Positions 59,845 to 64,000 of a DNA stretch of 64,000 nt are shown piece by piece. The notes under the pieces were generated by a model that saw nothing but the letters and a program-made list of their open reading frames with translations, had not been told where the DNA came from and did no database searches. The translations under genes and the position numbers were made by a program. This stretch comes from Longimicrobiales bacterium (lineage in GTDB: Bacteria > Gemmatimonadota > Gemmatimonadetes > Longimicrobiales > Gaopeijiaceae). Every line of letters begins with the position of its first letter. The stretch's first letter is position 1. The stretch lies in contig CBDCNQ010000004.1 in NCBI GenBank assembly GCA_965219445.1, forward strand, positions 864,001 to 928,000. Direction: 5' to 3'.

Positions 59845-62202
59845 CTAGAGCCGATAGGTGTAGTTCAGCTTGATGCTCGCGCCGCGAGAGAGAGTCTGGA
59901 ACTCCCGGTTCCGGTTGAAGAGCCCGTCACCCAAGTTCTGCCAGTTCTGCGTGAAGACGAGGAAGAGATCGTTCCCGGGTGTTATGATCCAACGCGCCCG
60001 CATGAAGAGGCCCACTACCTCGGAGACGTCGTCGTACTGGATGTTGCCCGTGACGTTTGCCAGCGGAGTGATGTTCCATTCGCCGGCCAAGCGAAAGAGT
60101 CTTGCCACGAACGATCCTTGAGGTAGCACGACATCGTTATTCTCGACCTGGGCAGAGAGGAGAATGCCCGGTGACGGTCGAACGTCCAACTGCACCGAAA
60201 CTTGGGTCTGATCTCCGTTCCAGAAGCCACCTCGGCGGAACTGAGCGTTTCCAGCGACGACTCGGCGGCCCGCGGTTCGAGCCGAAAGGCCCCAATCCCA
60301 GTTCTCGTAGGTCCCCTCCTCGATAAAGATGCCGTCGCTGATCTCGAACCGCTGATCGAGGAACTCGAACTGTCGCTGTAGGTTGACGCCGATGTTGTCC
60401 TGGCTCTCGAACTCGAGCCCGAAGACCTGGAACACCCACTGTCGTTCTTCGGCGATGCCGGTCGTGATACTCTCCAGGTGGCGGAACTGGGCGGAGAAGT
60501 TGAATCGGCGGATCCAGTCGATGTCGGGTCTCGGCCCCCAGCCGAGCCGAGGCTCGACGCGCCGGAACCCGTTCCGGGTAACGAAGCCCACCGCGGGGTC
60601 GTAGTCGTCTCCGAACTCGCGGTAGGAGATGTGCCCCGACCAGATGTCATTCGGGTAGTTGACCCGGACGCCTCGAGCGGAGAGATCCGAGGTCGACCGC
60701 TTGATGCCCCGGTCGGGGTTGGAGTTCCAGGCCGCGAAGGCCTGCACGACGAAGTTCTTGTCGCTGAAGAGCCGATTGGTGGCGTAGTAGAGGTCGGCCC
60801 CTACCGTGTGCCGGTCCAAAGGGGCCCGAGCCGTCGGATCGGTGGGGTCGACGCCCGTGGAGCGACGCGTGTAGATGGCTCCGATCGTGGATTGCTCGAA
60901 GATGCCCCGCTTGATCCGGGCCACGGTGAACTGTTCTCCGGCGAAGGTCCCGAGGTCCACATCCGCTGACTCGTGTTCGCCAGTGTTCACTTGCATAAAG
61001 CCGAGCTCGTACCTCCCGGTCTGGCCTCCGAGCCTGGCCGCGTAGTTGAGCGGGATCTGTTCGCCCTCGAGCAGCCCGATGCGCCGGCTGAAGTAGGGCT
61101 CGGCCCCGTTGCCAGGCGCGAAGGTGAAAACCCCCGAGCCCTCGAGGAAGAAATCGCGCCGTTCTGGGAAACGAAGGGGGAAACGCGTGAGGTTGAGACG
61201 CCGCTGATCGACCTCCGCCTCTGCGAAGTCGGTGTTGACGCTCACCCCCGCCCTCAAGCTCGGCGTGACGTTGTAGTTGACGTCGAGACCGATGTCGCTC
61301 GGGTACGTGGTCGGGTCGGGCTCCGTCGGCACATTCTTCCAGTTCGTCACCGCGTAGGGAACCGCTTCGAGCCCTATTCCCTGCGACAATCCTTGGAGGC
61401 CGACGAGTCGGCCGCCATTGACCGGGTCGCGATGGTTTTGATTACGCCGATACCCTCGCCAGAGGATCTCCTCGTTCTTGCGGCGGATCGTGCGCTGAAA
61501 GTTGATGCCCCAGGTGTCGGACGTCGGGTCGAAATTCAGGGTGCGGAAGGGAATCTGGATTTCGATCGACCACCCATCAGGCAGGATCTCGGTCTGAATC
61601 TGCCAGATTCCGTCCCACGCCCGACCACCACCACCACCGCCACCGCCGCCACCACCACGACCGAAGCCACGGAAGCCACGCCCACCCCCCCCACCGCCGC
61701 CACCACCCCTACCTCCGGTGATCAAGCCATCGCCCATCACACCAGTGGCGGTGGTCTCGAAGTAGTAGCCGGTTCGACGGTCGTGGAAGGTGTCGAGCAT
61801 CCACATGAAGCGGTCGTCTACGCTCAGAAAACCATCCCGCCGCTTCTGGAACGCCAGAATCCCCTCGGGATCATCATAGAGCATGGCTCCGATGTAGAGA
61901 GCATCCTCGTCGTAGACGACCCGGATCTCGGTCCGCTCCGACGGTATCCCGCCTTCAACAGGCTCCCGTTGGGTGAAGTCCGTGATTGGGATGGCCCGCG
62001 CCCACGCTTCCTCGTCGAGTCGCCCATCCATGTCGATGGCGGCACCGTTCTCGAGCCGAAACGCGATGAGATCGACAAGCTCGGCGTCCCCTCCCCCGTT
62101 TTCTGGGGTCTGGGCGGTGAGTGGACCCGATACGAACAAGCAAAGGAGCGCCGTCGCCAGCACGATTTCCCGTGCCGGATCTCGAACCTGGATCTGTGCC
62201 AT
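59845..62202 (-). CDS. DUF5916 / carbohydrate-binding family 9-like outer-membrane protein
   Basis: DGRLDE.AW, IPFRTL.F, WGINF.R, NTDF..AEVD, RFP.RFPE.R.FFLEG, FSRRIG; poly-Gly insert. Confidence 0.85.
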   Translation of the reverse strand: MAQIQVRDPAREIVLATALLCLFVSGPLTAQTPENGGGDAELVDLIAFRLENGAAIDMDGRLDEEAWARAIPITDFTQREPVEGGIPSERTEIRVVYDEDALYIGAMLYDDPEGILAFQKRRDGFLSVDDRFMWMLDTFHDRRTGYYFETTATGVMGDGLITGGRGGGGGGGGGRGFRGFGRGGGGGGGGGGGRAWDGIWQIQTEILPDGWSIEIQIPFRTLNFDPTSDTWGINFQRTIRRKNEEILWRGYRRNQNHRDPVNGGRLVGLQGLSQGIGLEAVPYAVTNWKNVPTEPDPTTYPSDIGLDVNYNVTPSLRAGVSVNTDFAEAEVDQRRLNLTRFPLRFPERRDFFLEGSGVFTFAPGNGAEPYFSRRIGLLEGEQIPLNYAARLGGQTGRYELGFMQVNTGEHESADVDLGTFAGEQFTVARIKRGIFEQSTIGAIYTRRSTGVDPTDPTARAPLDRHTVGADLYYATNRLFSDKNFVVQAFAAWNSNPDRGIKRSTSDLSARGVRVNYPNDIWSGHISYREFGDDYDPAVGFVTRNGFRRVEPRLGWGPRPDIDWIRRFNFSAQFRHLESITTGIAEERQWVFQVFGLEFESQDNIGVNLQRQFEFLDQRFEISDGIFIEEGTYENWDWGLSARTAGRRVVAGNAQFRRGGFWNGDQTQVSVQLDVRPSPGILLSAQVENNDVVLPQGSFVARLFRLAGEWNITPLANVTGNIQYDDVSEVVGLFMRARWIITPGNDLFLVFTQNWQNLGDGLFNRNREFQTLSRGASIKLNYTYRL

Positions 62203-62340
62203 CTATTATCGTCGATTCTCGGAAGTAAGGGGTTGATTCGGCATTAACCGACGGAAGCATACGTACAATCTCTTAACAGGACACGCGCCGGTCGCCTGGT
62301 GTTGTAATCGGCCCGCAGCATCCGCGCCACCCCTCGTGGC

Positions 62341-63078
62341 GTGGCGAAAACCGGCCTTGGTGAATGGCTCCTCATTCAGGCTCATGGTCATTCGAAGCTT
62401 GCGGTGGAAGGCATAGTAACGGACGTTCTGACGTTATGGCGGAGACTGCGAATTCTCTGGGTTGGGGCGCTCACCCTCGCGGCCGGAACCCTCGGCGCGC
62501 CCATCGCGGCCTATTCCCAGCAGGACGACTGGCGGTTGGACACTTCAGAGCCCATCACGTACTTCATTGCGGAGGGCCCGCCCGAATCGGGGTTCAAGGA
62601 GGGAGACCGCACCCTGGCCAAATGGGCGCTAGAGGCGTGGGGCAGGCAGGCCGATCCCCCCGTGGACTTGGTGCCGGGCCCTGCAGAGTCCGCGACCATT
62701 CGGATCTATTGGGTGCCCGCGGGCACAGGTCTATACGGTGAAATGCGAGGACGAGTGGTGGAGGGGCGGCGCGCCGCCGACGTGTTCGTGCACCCGGATA
62801 CCGACGCCCTTGGGCCCGACATCGGAGGAAGGGCGAGGCAGGATCCGCTCTTCAGGGATACGGTCGTTTATTTGACGTGTGTTCATGAGCTAGGCCACGC
62901 GTTTGGGCTCCGCCATACCAGTGCTTTCGCGGACATCATGTACTCGTTCCAATATGGTGGTGACTTCGTCGCCTACTTCATGCGCTTTCGCCAACAGCTC
63001 GAGGCCTGGAACGACATCGAGCGGGCTTCGCCGTTCTCCACCGCGGACAGCGGCGCATTCGGGGCTTTGTACCCTTAG
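62341..63078 (+). CDS. Matrixin-like zinc metalloprotease (start uncertain)
   Basis: HELGHAFGLRH plus Met-turn DIMY; signal-like hydrophobic stretch. Confidence 0.85.
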   Translation: MAKTGLGEWLLIQAHGHSKLAVEGIVTDVLTLWRRLRILWVGALTLAAGTLGAPIAAYSQQDDWRLDTSEPITYFIAEGPPESGFKEGDRTLAKWALEAWGRQADPPVDLVPGPAESATIRIYWVPAGTGLYGEMRGRVVEGRRAADVFVHPDTDALGPDIGGRARQDPLFRDTVVYLTCVHELGHAFGLRHTSAFADIMYSFQYGGDFVAYFMRFRQQLEAWNDIERASPFSTADSGAFGALYP

Positions 63079-63191
63079 AGGCTCCGCATTGGCAGTGCAG
63101 CGCAGAGCCCGTCTCATTCAATCATGGCCCCTCAGGCGCATCAGGGTGTAGAATGTTGGAGTCATAAGATCCGAGGTCGGAGAAGGGGTGG

Positions 63192-63377
63192 GTGATGACA
63201 GAGTCCAACGCCAAAAAGCTAGTGATCGACGCTGTTCGCGATCTTCCGGAAGACGCCACCGTGGAGGACGCGATGGAACGGCTCTACTTCCTTGCTAAGG
63301 TCGAAGAGGGACTCAAGCAGGCTGAGGCCGGTCAGACTGTGAGTCATGAGGATGCGAAGCAACGCATCCTCGGGTGA
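63192..63377 (+). CDS. Small antitoxin
   Basis: LPEDAT.EDAMERLYFL.K.E.GL....G..VSHE; stop overlaps a RelE/ParE start. Confidence 0.8.
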   Translation: MMTESNAKKLVIDAVRDLPEDATVEDAMERLYFLAKVEEGLKQAEAGQTVSHEDAKQRILG

Positions 63378-63548
63378 CCGAAGTCAGGTGGACGGATCAG
63401 GCGGTAGAGGACCTCCAATCCATTCGCGAGTTCATTGAGCGCGATTCCCCCGAGGTACGGACGACTCGTCGCCGAACGCCTCTTTGAAGCCACTTCACAG
63501 ATCGAGACCTTCCCATACTCCGGGTGGATCGTGCCGGAGATAGGTCGT
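63374..63548 (+). pseudogene. RelE/ParE toxin, frameshifted and truncated
   Basis: MTEVRWTDQAVEDLQSIREFIERDSP, then after C5 at 63447-63451 RYGRLVAERLFEATSQIETFPYSGWIVPEIG in another frame; C-terminal third missing. Confidence 0.8.
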
Positions 63549-63576
63549 GGATCAGCGCGCCTACTTGACGGCCGTC

Positions 63577-64000
63577 CTAAGGGTGATCCGCTTCCTCGTA
63601 GTGCCGCCGCAGTAGATCGTCCCCGAAGTCGTTTTGCGGATCCCGTAGCACCGAATGTACGTGGTTCGCGCCACCCTGCGTGTTGTCGTACTCGATCAGC
63701 ACAGTGGGTCCGTGGATGCGGTAGTAGTGACCCTCACCACGCTCCGTGCTTCCGGCCCATGCGAAGTGGAGGTTCTCGAGTCCGGCCTCGTGGATTTGCC
63801 GCATCTTCGCGCGCGCGACCTCGGCGTTGGCGTTGTTCAGGTATTCCAGGATGAGAAGCATCAGCCCGCGACTCTGGGCGCCGCTCATCTCCGAGGCGGG
63901 CAGCCCTCGGAAGCCGTCGAGCTCCACCGTGCGGGCATTCCCGGTGATGATGTCCCTGGGTGCATCCGTCTCGATGATGGCGGTTCGAAGCTGAGCGTCG
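63577..64000 (-). CDS. DUF3500 domain protein, 5'-partial
   Basis: FAWAGS, HYYRIHGPT.LIEYDN.Q..ANH.HSV.RD..NDFG. Confidence 0.8.
   Translation of the reverse strand, partial: DAQLRTAIIETDAPRDIITGNARTVELDGFRGLPASEMSGAQSRGLMLLILEYLNNANAEVARAKMRQIHEAGLENLHFAWAGSTERGEGHYYRIHGPTVLIEYDNTQGGANHVHSVLRDPQNDFGDDLLRRHYEEADHP

Overview
High-GC bacterial chromosomal window; gene content suggests a Gemmatimonadota-like Gram-negative organism, which is an inference. Core genes: partial metG, FadJ/FadB-type beta-oxidation enzyme, gyrA, uvrA, waaA, leuS, tkt. Molybdoenzyme content: a form II coxSLM-DE cluster converging on xdhC/xdhC/mocA/coxG, plus a second orphan mocA/split-xdhC/DUF402 module. Mobile and toxin-antitoxin content: a complete class IIC group II intron (56443-58342, minus) inserted just after a terminator hairpin, and three TA modules (Xre-RES, Phd-VapC, and an antitoxin with a broken RelE/ParE toxin). 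Many hydrolases and oxidoreductases carry export signals. Best leads: (1) a GT2 coupled to uvrA whose motifs resemble the eukaryotic queuosine-tRNA galactosyltransferase QTGAL/B3GNTL1; (2) an Xre-RES module sharing an 88-bp divergent promoter region with a macrodomain gene; (3) a degenerate ECF sigma-like protein beside a ZAS anti-sigma; (4) a CoxL with a variant AVRGAGR loop and a structured leader; (5) homopolymer frameshifts and an unannotated VanZ remnant. No rRNA, tRNA or CRISPR array was seen. All family calls come from motif recognition by eye, without database searches.
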